Shown one piece after another: positions 55,101 to 63,559 of a stretch of DNA of 64,000 nt (position 1 is its first letter; each line of letters begins with the position of its first letter). A program made the translations under genes and the position numbers. Source of the DNA: Verrucomicrobiaceae bacterium (GTDB lineage Bacteria > Verrucomicrobiota > Verrucomicrobiia > Chthoniobacterales > Chthoniobacteraceae); the NCBI GenBank assembly GCA_031372675.1, contig JANMLS010000039.1:7587-71586 (forward strand), written 5' to 3'. Below the pieces are notes generated by a model. It saw only the letters and a program-made list of their open reading frames with translations, was not told where the DNA came from and did no database searches.

Positions 55101-58100
55101 GCGCAACTCAAGCTGAGGCGGAATCATCACGGTGATCGACACGCCAGTCGCCACGGCCTCGCCGTGGTTTCGGTAGGAAATCTCGTAGGCGATCTCTTCG
55201 CCGATATGGACGAGGCTATTCTCAATCGGGGTTCCGTTTGAGTTCACCCACAGTTTTGCCTGCACATCTGTGGTCAATTTAGCGGGATTCTTCACCACGA
55301 TTGGTCCAGTTGTACCGGCTTTTGCACCAGCAATAGCCTCCGCACCAAAGGGCGCACTAAAGCTCGACCGCCCGCCGAGCAGCGAGGTGGTGGACTCGAT
55401 GCGAAAGAAGACGTTACCGCCGGGAATACTCAACCTTGAGACATCAAGGGTCCAAGTCGTAGGCGCCTTGCCATTCGCGTCGGGGCGCACGAGTGCGGCA
55501 TCGCCGGGCAGGTAGCTCCACGAAGCGGGGTCATTCGGCGTGAGAGAATATTGCACGAGCAGCAGCACGGCATCGCGTGGGTAATCGACTTGGAAGCTCC
55601 ATTTTTTGCCCGCTACGGGCGGCTTGGCCGTGGTGATTTTGAGGTTAGTCACAACGGTCGGCGGTTGCGCTTCGGCGATGACGATTGGCCCGGCTTCTCC
55701 GGTGCCGCCGATGAGTGCCTCGTTGCCAAAGACTGCGCTGGTCGCTGTTGCATATCCTGTCTCTGTTTGGACGATGCGGAAGTAGTAAGAGCCGGGTGTG
55801 AAACTGAGCGTCGCGTCCGCCAGCCAAACGTTCGAGCCTGCTGGTTTATTGATCAGCAAAGACGAGCTGAGAACGGTCTGCACCGCAGTCCAACTGCCCT
55901 CGATTTCTGGTGTCGCGCTAAACTGCAATGCCAGCGTGGAAGTCACGCCTACTGGGTCTGGAGCACGAGTGGCCGTGAAATGCCACAGCGCGAGATTTGT
56001 GGCTGGGAATTTTGTCTGAATCCCAAGATTCGTAATCTCCGGCAAACGCGGTGCAGCCTCCAGCAAAGCGACGCTCGGCGTGATTCCGACAGCGTCGAAG
56101 CCGAAGTCATCGCGCGAGCCGACGGCGAAATCCACCGTTTCACCAGCCTGCACGAAGCTCGTTCCGAAGATGGTATATTTCCGCAGCGTGTCCGTGATGG
56201 TCTGTGTGCCAAAGGATCTTCCGCTTGTGAAAAGATGAATGCTTGCCGTGCCGACTTGCGTATTCAGCCGCGAGTATTCGGAGAAAAACGCATACCTCCC
56301 CGCAGCAGGCGCAGTCCATCGCACCGCACTGTAAATGCGCTCCGGCCCCGGTCCGGGATGGACGGAAAGCTGGCCCGGCGCCCAATGGAGATACGGCACA
56401 TCGCCGCGATTTTTGATCACGTTTGGATCAGGCGATGATCCATTTCGCCAAAAGCGCAGCGCGTTCTCCGATCCGACTGTCTCGTAGCGCGCGAAAGTCG
56501 CTCCATCCGGCGCAAGGCCGGTGCCCATTTGCCCATATTGCCAGAGCTGCCCGGCAGCGTTGGTCTGCGTGAAAAAATCACGCGCTGCGTCGTCGCGGTT
56601 TTTTCCGATCCAGTCCGTATTTGCGATGTTCAGAATCTCGGCGGCGGAGAGTGCGCGATTGTAAGTGGTGATTTCATCAATCGCTCCTTTGAAGAACCGT
56701 TGCCCGACTGGATAGCCCGCGTCTTCGTTGTGCCGTCCAATGCGGAAGAACAGGTCCGCATCCATCGCGCCCTGGCTGAAATCGAAGTCATCCACGAGGC
56801 TGCCATTCACGTAAGTTTTCGCATTCCCCGATGTGAGGACGAGCGCGACATGCGCCCATTCGCCCGCACGGAAATGATCGCCCGGAACCCGGCGGAACGC
56901 CTGCGCGGGACTGGTGTGCTGCACTTCGATCCACAAGTGCGAGCCGTCTGCAAATACGTTGGCCCCGATGCCGTGACCACCGAAATTCGCGCGGTCGCCG
57001 GAGAGGATATTCGTAGGCCAAAAGTCCGCTGCATTTCCGGGGCGAAGCTCGGGTTTGATCCACGCCTCGATGGTGAGCGGCAGCGCGTTCAGCGCGGCAC
57101 TACTGGAGACGGTCAGCGCGTCGTCCACGCCATCAAACACAAAGCCCGTCCCGCTTTTGCCCGCGCCGTATGGCCCGCTTGCTGAAAAACCGCTCGTGAC
57201 TCCCAAAGCACCGCCGACAACATCGTGCGGGTGCAATTCTCCCGGAAACCAAGTCGTGGCTCCGAGCGGCAATGCAAACTCTTGCGCGACTATGAGCGTG
57301 TAAATTTTCGACACCGAAGCACCCACCGCATCCGTGACCGTCACGGTGAAAGTTGTGCGACCGGGCGTCGCTGCGAGCGTTCCAGAAATGTCGCCATTTT
57401 CCGCCAGCACCAGCGCGGCGGGCAATGCACCGGTGGTCACAGCGAATGTGTAAGGTGCCGTGCCGCCCGTTGCCGTGAGTTGCCACGGATCGAGGGGGTT
57501 TGCGGGCTGTTCGGGGAAGTCTGCTGCAAGCTCCAGTGGGGTGCTGAGAAAAACTACGGATGCAGCGAGAGCAGCCGAGTCGTAATTCCAGGTCCCGCGA
57601 GTGCCGAGAATGAAATCCACCGTATCACCTGCAGCGGCTGTGATGGTGCTCGTATGAGAAACGCCACTGCCGCGATAAGGGGTCACGAAGCTATCGAAAA
57701 TCGCCGTGGAGCCGTGGCGGATAAAGACATCCGTCGAAGAGGGCGTCGTGTCGGTATTGATGAAATTTGCGCTCACCGCAAAGCGCCCGGCAATCGGCGC
57801 AGTCCAGCGCACGACTGGCATCTGCGAGCCGGAACCCGGACCCCACGAAAGTTCGCCAACATTGTAATCGTATTGCGAGCCGCCGCTGGGAATGACGATG
57901 AAATCCTGGGAATTATTGCGCCCCACAGCGGCACTTGTGTTCCAAAAATCAACGCGTCCGGAATGAGTGACTCCGCTCGTCGTCATGAGCACCGCGCTCG
58001 CTGGATTGTAACTCGCGAGCGATGCCGAGGATGGCAGCTCTAGGTAGCTCCATACTCCTGCGGGATTTTGCGTCGGCGAAAATTCACGCGCTGCGTCTGC

Positions 58101-61100
58101 CCGCTTTTTGCCGCCTGCGCCCGCTGCGTAGATGGTGCTGATTTCACCCGCGGTGAGTGCGCGATTGTAGAGCGAAAGTTCGTCAATCACGCCGGTAAAT
58201 TTATTGAAGGTATTCGTCTGGTTGCGCGTTGCACCGATGGCCAGCGGGCCATCCGTCACTGCGCGGGCGGCAGGGAAATTGAATGCTTCATAGACGCTCG
58301 TGCCATTGACGTAAATCCGCACGGTCGTACCCGACACTGTCGTCGCGAGGTGATTCCGACCCGCAGGCAGGACGAATCCCGAGTTTGCGGAAGCCAGTGC
58401 GCCCGCCGATGACTGCACCGAGAGCCAGAGCACGTTATCGCGGATTTGGAAAATGTAGGAAGCAGTGGAGCCGTCGGTGCTCCGTTTATCGGCGATGGTG
58501 CGGAAACCGGTTGCTGCGGTTGATTCCACCCACGCCTCAATCGTCATGTCGCCTGCGAGGCTGAGTGAACTGTGATTGGCGACTTCGATGAAGTCATCCA
58601 CACCATCAAATGCAAAGCCACGCCCGACCGTGCCCGCGCGATACGCCGAGCCGTTTTGAAGCGCAGGAGTGTCAAACGCGACATTGTTGAAAGTGCCGTG
58701 TCGTCCGCCGATGATTTCATTTACTCCATGATCTCCCGGCCACCACGCGACGATGCCCGGAGGCACATCCACAGAATCCGCGACGACGATGGTAAATGGC
58801 ATATCCGCCGTAGCGTTGGCGCTATCCGTCACGCGGACGGTAAAGGCATAACTGCCATTCACGCGGGGCTGGCCGCTCGACGTTATATTTCCCAAATTCG
58901 TAAGCGACAAATGCGGAGGCAGACTGCCGCCAATGACTCCAAAACTGTACGGCCCCGTGCCGCCGTTTGCGGTGAGTTGCCCGCCTGCTGCGGGGAAGTT
59001 TGTGGAGGCAAAAAATGGCGTCGCGCTGGCCGCGATGGATGCCCGCAGGCTCATTGAGCCGCTGTTGTCGCCGTAGCCGAGCGGCGTGCCGTGATAGAGA
59101 GTGCCGTTATTGCCATCCGGGTATCCGAGGAAAAGCCGCGTCGCTCCCGGAGGGATGATGAATTGCTGCTGCACGCCCTCAGCCGTGTGGCCGTCGCCGA
59201 TGAAAAATACCTGCCCCAGCGCAGGCGCGAGCGTCGCGAAATCCTCGCCAAGCGCATTCGCAGAGAAATCCAAACGCGCAGGCTGCGTCGCTGGCTGCGA
59301 TGCACCAAGAAAAACGCCGACGAGCGCAGGCGTGTTGTTGCCGTTGCGATAGCCAGAGATGCCGCCCACACCGGTCAAATCGCACGAGCGCCCTACGGTG
59401 TGTGCGCCGTCCGGGCCATGCACGTCCGCCGCTGTATTGATTACGCCGACGATTTTCGGGAAAGTCACCAGTTGCCCCGCTAGACCAGTCACTGCGAGCG
59501 ATGGTGGCAGCACGCCGCCTTGCGTGGGCGAGGCGAGGCCAGCGTCGAAGATGTTCGATTTAGCCGAGAGGCTTGGAATGTGGAAGGTCCGTGTGTCCGG
59601 GCCATCGATCCACACCTCGAACTCAGTGAGGCAAAAGTTTCCACTGGCTGATTCTCGACCAGGGCCGTCGTTCGCTAATCGCGCGTCTTCCAAGGCTTCC
59701 AAGCGGATGCCGGTGATGCCAGTCAGAGATGTCGGGGCAGTGATCGTATAGATGTCGGCGTCGGGGTTTGTCCCACTCACGAACACTGAACCATCGCCTT
59801 CCACCGTGAGCGTCGCGCCATTGGCGGAGACCGCAGCGCTGGGATTCAGCACCACCCAATTAGCCGAAACCGCCCCGCCGGAGTCGAGACCGTCTGCAAA
59901 AAGGCTGCGTGCGTCCGTCGTGACCGAGATGCGAAAGCGGCCAAGGGTGTGCCTCAAGTATGCCGACACTTGCCGGATGGTAAAAGTGAACGTGGAGCCT
60001 CCGTTGTGACCGACATCGTTGACGGTCTCGAAGACAGCGGTTTCCGCCGTCGTGGAGGGGCCGGGTCGTGCGATTGCCCAGCCGATGTCTCCGGTCTGCA
60101 CGCCATCAATGGTACTAGCCACGGACAAACCCGATTGCGAGAAAGTCGCGGTTGCCTGCTGTAGCGCGACCCGTCCCGCCAGTGCGATCACGCTGGTATC
60201 TGCCACACGCAGCGCCGTCGCCGAGATTTCCGAGACGGCGATGGCGTTGCCCTGATAAATCCCCGCGCCCACCACGGCAAAGCCGTAGCCCGTGGATTCT
60301 GCTTCGGAGAGCGTGGAGAGATCGAAAGCATACGATGGTTGTCCCGCAGCGTTGAGCGTCCGCACCGGCACGATGGGCAGACGCGCGTAACGGTCGTCAG
60401 CGGCTGGGTTGTTGGTGTTTGGATCGGAATTATGCCGCAGCAAATAGAGGCGTGGCGTATCGGAAAAATCTCCGCCCGTCGTCAAATCAATGCGCACGGA
60501 ATCAAAGCGCGTCGCTTTTCCGCTGCCTGCATTTTCGAGGTAAAGCAGACCTGCGAACGCATAGGGAAACGCCGCTCCGCCTGGCGAAGTGTCGAAGCTG
60601 CCTGCGTCTGTCGAAGAAACGATGCCGTCTGTGATTGTGGAGAAACAAGTCAGCCGCACATTCCGCTCGCCCGCGCCAGCGTAGGCATAGGGAGAGCTGA
60701 ATGCGTTTGCGACGACATTGGTGGGTACCGCCGTGTCGCCGGTGACGATCCATGCGTTGAAGCCCGTCGCGTCCGATGAGCCGCCGTCGCCATTGGCCGT
60801 CACGCCGAAATCAATTTTCGAGGCGGGAGCCACATCGGCGGTGAGGTCGAAAGGCACCGGCCCGCTCACCGCAGTGAGCGGAAATTTCACCACTCCATCC
60901 ACCGTGATAAAGCCGCTCGTCTGCCCGCTATTGAGATCCCAGTAGCTGCCGACGATCCGCACCGGCCCGGTGTAGGAAGGCTCACCGCTTGCGCCCACGA
61001 CGTAGCGGCGCACGCCGGAGTTTAGCGAACTCAGCGACGGATGAATCCCGAGGTAAGGATTGTGCGCGGGCGTGCCCGACTCCGCGCCGGACCATTCGGT

Positions 61101-61868
61101 TGCACCGTTGAAGCTGCCAATCCCCATGCCCGTCGTGCTGAAGCTCACGCCGCCGCCCTCCGTCGTCGCATTTGCGCCCGTGTAGTAGCCGTAGGTGAAG
61201 CCGCGAACCGGCGTCTGCGCCGTCGCTGCGCCCGTGAAGCCCGCCGTGGAAAAATCCGTGTGCGTCGCCGCGAGAATCCCCGACGTCCCGACGCCATCAA
61301 ATTCGATCACCCGCACGCCCGCATTTGGAGTCGCGGGAGTAAAACGGACCACGAAATACTGCCCCGTCACCGGCGCAAAATTGTCGCTGACTAAAATGTG
61401 CCGGATGCTGTTTGCGCCAAGAGCCGAGGGATACGGCGACGCGAGATTTACCGAGGAGAGCACCGTGTTTGCCGAGAAGCTCGCATCCGTCATTGCCACC
61501 TCAACGAGCGAAGCCCCGCGCCCCGCCGTATTGTCATCGCCCAAATAAAGCTGGTAGCCCGAAAGCGTCACTGGCGTCGCCGTGTGAAAATAGACGCTCT
61601 GCACCGCGCTGCCCTGATTTTCCGCCAACACCGTGCGCCCCGGTTCCGCCGTGGAGAATTGCCCGCCAAAAATATCCCGCAAATCAAACCCCGAATGCGC
61701 CGCAGTGCCCGGCGCAGCATCAATCACCGCGCCTTGAAATAAGTCCCCCGGTGTAGTGCCTGGGTCCGCAGTAATCGGCAGCACCTCCGCCGCTTTTGCA
61801 ACGGATAGAAAAAGGCAGGCTGCGAGGAATGAACGGAGCGTGAAAAGAGATGGAATGATAGTTTTCAT
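52131..61868 (-). CDS. giant (3,245 aa) secreted surface protein: 2x LamG supermodules, DUF11-like repeats, Ig-like domains, C-terminal octapeptide repeats
   Basis: Start at MKTIIPSLFTLRSFLAACLFLSVAKA (signal peptide). Two LamG_3-type modules (GFAFDGVDDFIEV...IDELSLYNRALTAGEI; GFVFDGVDDALTV...IDEITTYNRALSAAEI). DUF11-like segments (EIAYEISYRNHGEAVATGVSI..; FTLNYRNVGEGTAKE..). Ends in (MVAAGGGN)x4. Confidence 0.8.
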   Translation of the reverse strand: MKTIIPSLFTLRSFLAACLFLSVAKAAEVLPITADPGTTPGDLFQGAVIDAAPGTAAHSGFDLRDIFGGQFSTAEPGRTVLAENQGSAVQSVYFHTATPVTLSGYQLYLGDDNTAGRGASLVEVAMTDASFSANTVLSSVNLASPYPSALGANSIRHILVSDNFAPVTGQYFVVRFTPATPNAGVRVIEFDGVGTSGILAATHTDFSTAGFTGAATAQTPVRGFTYGYYTGANATTEGGGVSFSTTGMGIGSFNGATEWSGAESGTPAHNPYLGIHPSLSSLNSGVRRYVVGASGEPSYTGPVRIVGSYWDLNSGQTSGFITVDGVVKFPLTAVSGPVPFDLTADVAPASKIDFGVTANGDGGSSDATGFNAWIVTGDTAVPTNVVANAFSSPYAYAGAGERNVRLTCFSTITDGIVSSTDAGSFDTSPGGAAFPYAFAGLLYLENAGSGKATRFDSVRIDLTTGGDFSDTPRLYLLRHNSDPNTNNPAADDRYARLPIVPVRTLNAAGQPSYAFDLSTLSEAESTGYGFAVVGAGIYQGNAIAVSEISATALRVADTSVIALAGRVALQQATATFSQSGLSVASTIDGVQTGDIGWAIARPGPSTTAETAVFETVNDVGHNGGSTFTFTIRQVSAYLRHTLGRFRISVTTDARSLFADGLDSGGAVSANWVVLNPSAAVSANGATLTVEGDGSVFVSGTNPDADIYTITAPTSLTGITGIRLEALEDARLANDGPGRESASGNFCLTEFEVWIDGPDTRTFHIPSLSAKSNIFDAGLASPTQGGVLPPSLAVTGLAGQLVTFPKIVGVINTAADVHGPDGAHTVGRSCDLTGVGGISGYRNGNNTPALVGVFLGASQPATQPARLDFSANALGEDFATLAPALGQVFFIGDGHTAEGVQQQFIIPPGATRLFLGYPDGNNGTLYHGTPLGYGDNSGSMSLRASIAASATPFFASTNFPAAGGQLTANGGTGPYSFGVIGGSLPPHLSLTNLGNITSSGQPRVNGSYAFTVRVTDSANATADMPFTIVVADSVDVPPGIVAWWPGDHGVNEIIGGRHGTFNNVAFDTPALQNGSAYRAGTVGRGFAFDGVDDFIEVANHSSLSLAGDMTIEAWVESTAATGFRTIADKRSTDGSTASYIFQIRDNVLWLSVQSSAGALASANSGFVLPAGRNHLATTVSGTTVRIYVNGTSVYEAFNFPAARAVTDGPLAIGATRNQTNTFNKFTGVIDELSLYNRALTAGEISTIYAAGAGGKKRADAAREFSPTQNPAGVWSYLELPSSASLASYNPASAVLMTTSGVTHSGRVDFWNTSAAVGRNNSQDFIVIPSGGSQYDYNVGELSWGPGSGSQMPVVRWTAPIAGRFAVSANFINTDTTPSSTDVFIRHGSTAIFDSFVTPYRGSGVSHTSTITAAAGDTVDFILGTRGTWNYDSAALAASVVFLSTPLELAADFPEQPANPLDPWQLTATGGTAPYTFAVTTGALPAALVLAENGDISGTLAATPGRTTFTVTVTDAVGASVSKIYTLIVAQEFALPLGATTWFPGELHPHDVVGGALGVTSGFSASGPYGAGKSGTGFVFDGVDDALTVSSSAALNALPLTIEAWIKPELRPGNAADFWPTNILSGDRANFGGHGIGANVFADGSHLWIEVQHTSPAQAFRRVPGDHFRAGEWAHVALVLTSGNAKTYVNGSLVDDFDFSQGAMDADLFFRIGRHNEDAGYPVGQRFFKGAIDEITTYNRALSAAEILNIANTDWIGKNRDDAARDFFTQTNAAGQLWQYGQMGTGLAPDGATFARYETVGSENALRFWRNGSSPDPNVIKNRGDVPYLHWAPGQLSVHPGPGPERIYSAVRWTAPAAGRYAFFSEYSRLNTQVGTASIHLFTSGRSFGTQTITDTLRKYTIFGTSFVQAGETVDFAVGSRDDFGFDAVGITPSVALLEAAPRLPEITNLGIQTKFPATNLALWHFTATRAPDPVGVTSTLALQFSATPEIEGSWTAVQTVLSSSLLINKPAGSNVWLADATLSFTPGSYYFRIVQTETGYATATSAVFGNEALIGGTGEAGPIVIAEAQPPTVVTNLKITTAKPPVAGKKWSFQVDYPRDAVLLLVQYSLTPNDPASWSYLPGDAALVRPDANGKAPTTWTLDVSRLSIPGGNVFFRIESTTSLLGGRSSFSAPFGAEAIAGAKAGTTGPIVVKNPAKLTTDVQAKLWVNSNGTPIENSLVHIGEEIAYEISYRNHGEAVATGVSITVMIPPQLELRSATGTTSPIRKNPGDPNSTIIGVRLDIGTLSPSQNFQRRRVVARVRDDAKKLGRGVVNLVGTALVESPDFPDQKLDLPFLAVADPLRVGLHIAGSEFEFPKGATIPLLFTAENKSPAALTNAIASVKIPAGAFVDSFLEDNETSAERVLDDKSGKTIELKFNFGAMPANTSRVVFLNLRTPFDTSRNVIFTGNPAKDDPGYTFTAFNAVAKKTLTALGDGFSVNLTNAIVRPPQLDLGKEVTGATLQGRQTFGIPYKENAKAVERIVRGAIVAPNGEATFTLNYRNVGEGTAKECEIWDDIDSRYFTLVPDSIRLNGQTVSIGGNFRLFNGTKPIGPNESLANRDLRLADFFKIRVGDLGAGEGGELTYRVVAAKYASKKLTPTAPGQVIGAGPGSMFTESLVGGIGGQPEVLAVQVAKPYEFRLEYKRQPGFARAGNVLRFALKYTNAGQLPAYNAFINLPIPVGTTGHSAFFVTTDTAMPRALSSDEILPVGISGATTTQRFELGTLDPGETGEVAIYLSVNAPLNQAIVDAGEVRISPFIDAFQTSQTALRTPRTNQRLRVPLPKLAGALKLDGAIPVAIPSAPKLFIGRAVPITATKNGTMDVTIFFGNAGDTAATGGNVAMQIPFETTFLSATDVQMTRPSDPSNQTNLADFRYTLTTRTEKKGSRIERIIVDLPTLPAHSSGAFTMRLKVSEKFGAAAVEDTSCRITASNAKGQVAHAFSTQVRSADWYFSIFESVNASIWSFGSWVAGQHKATVQEEFKSLTRDSQFYSVRGLDLVTLKNGANFAPIGFNRGLIVGPSRLVAAGGGNMVAAGGLNMVAAGGGNAIGIRNAPGFSGTATLSQLMPAIPSMVAAGGGNLVAAGGGNLIGLDGSTLIGNDGSTLVGNDGASLIGNDGSTLIGNDGSTMRGLNNASLIGLDGSTFSTISMFQGSPRFTPVAGGAGIVATFKPSNMVAAGGGNMVAAGGGNMVAAGGGNMVAAGGGN
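52134..52682 (-). repeat. 24-nt periodic coding tandem repeats (octapeptide MVAAGGGN / LIGNDGST units, three blocks)
   Basis: Blocks at 52134-52229 (4 units, at the extreme C-terminus), 52320-52535 (9 units) and 52611-52682 (3 units). Visible as GTTGCCACCGCC.GCGGCGACCAT periodicity on the plus strand. Confidence 0.85.
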
Positions 61869-61924
61869 AGCGTTCGTGCGGGACTCTATATCGAGACAAA
61901 ATTGGCGAAAGCGGAAACTTGCAC

Positions 61925-62016
61925 AAAGTAGTCCAGTCACGCCGTGACTGGATGCGCGGAAAAAACCGCAAGCCAGTCACGGCGTGACTGGGCTACTTTG
62001 CGTGACTGGCCTACTT
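61925..62016. repeat. BIME-like cluster: two inverted REP-like palindromes plus a half copy
   Basis: AAAGTAGT-CCAGTCACGCCGTGACTGG ... CCAGTCACGGCGTGACTGG-GCTACTTT-GCGTGACTGGCCTACTT. Lies between the esterase stop (62011) and the giant gene start (61868). Confidence 0.8.
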
Positions 62017-63450
62017 GTTCGGAATGTCGGTGCGGAAGGGCGAGGCGGGGAGGCCGGCGGCGTTGCAGAGGTTTGGCTCGGCATCCTGCACCCAGCCGAA
62101 GCGGACGGCGGCAGGTTCTTTCACTTCGTCGGAGCTTACGATGACGGTGTCACCTTTGATCTCCGCCTTCGCGGGGAAGAAGGTGAGGCTGCTGTTTGCG
62201 ATTTGGAAATGGGTGAGCGGCTGGCCGTCGCGCGATTTCAAGCCCTTGGCGTGGTCGAAGGTGAGGGTGGCTTTTCCGCCGGCAAACTTCGCTTCTTTGA
62301 AAAGCGGGCCGCTGTATTCGAGGGCGGTCTTGCCGTAGGTCTTGGCCAGCGCGATGAGCGAGAGGCGGCGGCCCACTTCCTGTTTGTTGAGCGGGTGGAT
62401 GTTCGTGGTGTTGCCGATGTCGGTAATCACGGCCATTCCGGTGTGCGGGATTTTCAAAGCGGCAGTCTGCGCTTCCCAAATGCGCGGCAGGTCTGTCGGG
62501 TCTGCGCCTTTGTAGATAAAGGGCGCGAGCTGCACGTAGTAGAATGGCATCTCCGGCATCTGCCACACTTCGCGCCAGCCGGTGATGAGCGCTTTCATCT
62601 TATCGAAATAGGCCATCGCGTCGCCCCGGTTCGACTCGCCCTGATACCAAAGCGCACCGCGAATGGCGAAGGGGACGAGCGGCGCGATGCGGGCGTTGTA
62701 AAGCGCGAGCGGGGTCTGGATGTTCACGCTCACGACCATTTTCGTCGGGTCGGCTTTGTCGGGCTTCTCCGTCTTTGTGGGAAATTCGTCGAGCTTGCCC
62801 GCGATGCCGGCGAGCGCGGGGACGGCCTTGAATCCCTGCGGCGGAGTCCACGGCTCGATGCGCGTGCCTCCCCAGTTTGCGCCGAGCAGACCGATGGGCA
62901 CATTCACTTCCTTGCGAAGCTCGCGGGCGAAGTAGTAGCCCACTGCGGAGAACTTCGCGACCGTCTGCGGCGATGCCTGCTGCCAGCCGTCGGAGATGAC
63001 TTTTGCCTCCGGTTTTTCCGCGCCGGGATTGCTCACTTTTAAGTGCCGGATGAGCGGGTGATTGCCCGCCGCGATTTCCTCCTTCGCATTGCCGGAAGCG
63101 GCGACGCTCCACTCCATGTTCGATTGCCCGGAGCACAGCCACACATCGCCCACGACGACATCATCGAGCGTGAGTGTGTTCTTTCCGCGAATGGTCATCT
63201 TCTTGCCGGTGGCGCTCGCTTTCATCGCGTCGAGCTTCACCATCCACTTGCCGTCGGCGTCGGGTTTTGCGGTCTTTTTTTGCCCGGCAAATTCGACGGT
63301 CACCTGCTCGCCCGCATCCGCCCAGCCCCAGACCGGGCAGGCGGAATCGCGCTGGAGGACCATGTTGCTGCCGATGATGGGCGAGAGCGAGACGTCTGCG
63401 CTGGCGGTGATGAGGGTGGCGAGGAAGAGGGCTGTGGATGCGGTTTTCAT
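62011..63450 (-). CDS. sialate O-acetylesterase-like SGNH carbohydrate esterase
   Basis: Start at MKTASTALFLATLITASA (signal peptide). GDVWLCSGQSNMEW (GQSN catalytic Ser block) and WYQGESN are typical of the SASA family. Confidence 0.8.
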   Translation of the reverse strand: MKTASTALFLATLITASADVSLSPIIGSNMVLQRDSACPVWGWADAGEQVTVEFAGQKKTAKPDADGKWMVKLDAMKASATGKKMTIRGKNTLTLDDVVVGDVWLCSGQSNMEWSVAASGNAKEEIAAGNHPLIRHLKVSNPGAEKPEAKVISDGWQQASPQTVAKFSAVGYYFARELRKEVNVPIGLLGANWGGTRIEPWTPPQGFKAVPALAGIAGKLDEFPTKTEKPDKADPTKMVVSVNIQTPLALYNARIAPLVPFAIRGALWYQGESNRGDAMAYFDKMKALITGWREVWQMPEMPFYYVQLAPFIYKGADPTDLPRIWEAQTAALKIPHTGMAVITDIGNTTNIHPLNKQEVGRRLSLIALAKTYGKTALEYSGPLFKEAKFAGGKATLTFDHAKGLKSRDGQPLTHFQIANSSLTFFPAKAEIKGDTVIVSSDEVKEPAAVRFGWVQDAEPNLCNAAGLPASPFRTDIPNK

Positions 63451-63559
63451 GTGCGCGGGAAAACCTGCGGCTGCGCGGAAAATTAGTCCTTTCATTCGCG
63501 ATGCAAATAATCCGCAGCCTTGACGGAACCTCATTCCTGGCTAAATGCGCACTCGTCCA

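Noticed and set aside
61984-63042. 352-aa plus-strand ORF, and 33029..33994 (321 aa, minus), 1172..2248 (358 aa, minus), 39553..40239 (228 aa, minus)
   Set aside because: They are antisense to the esterase, MDR reductase, Sua5/MurJ and LTD protein genes respectively. The opposite-strand genes carry diagnostic motifs and these ORFs do not.
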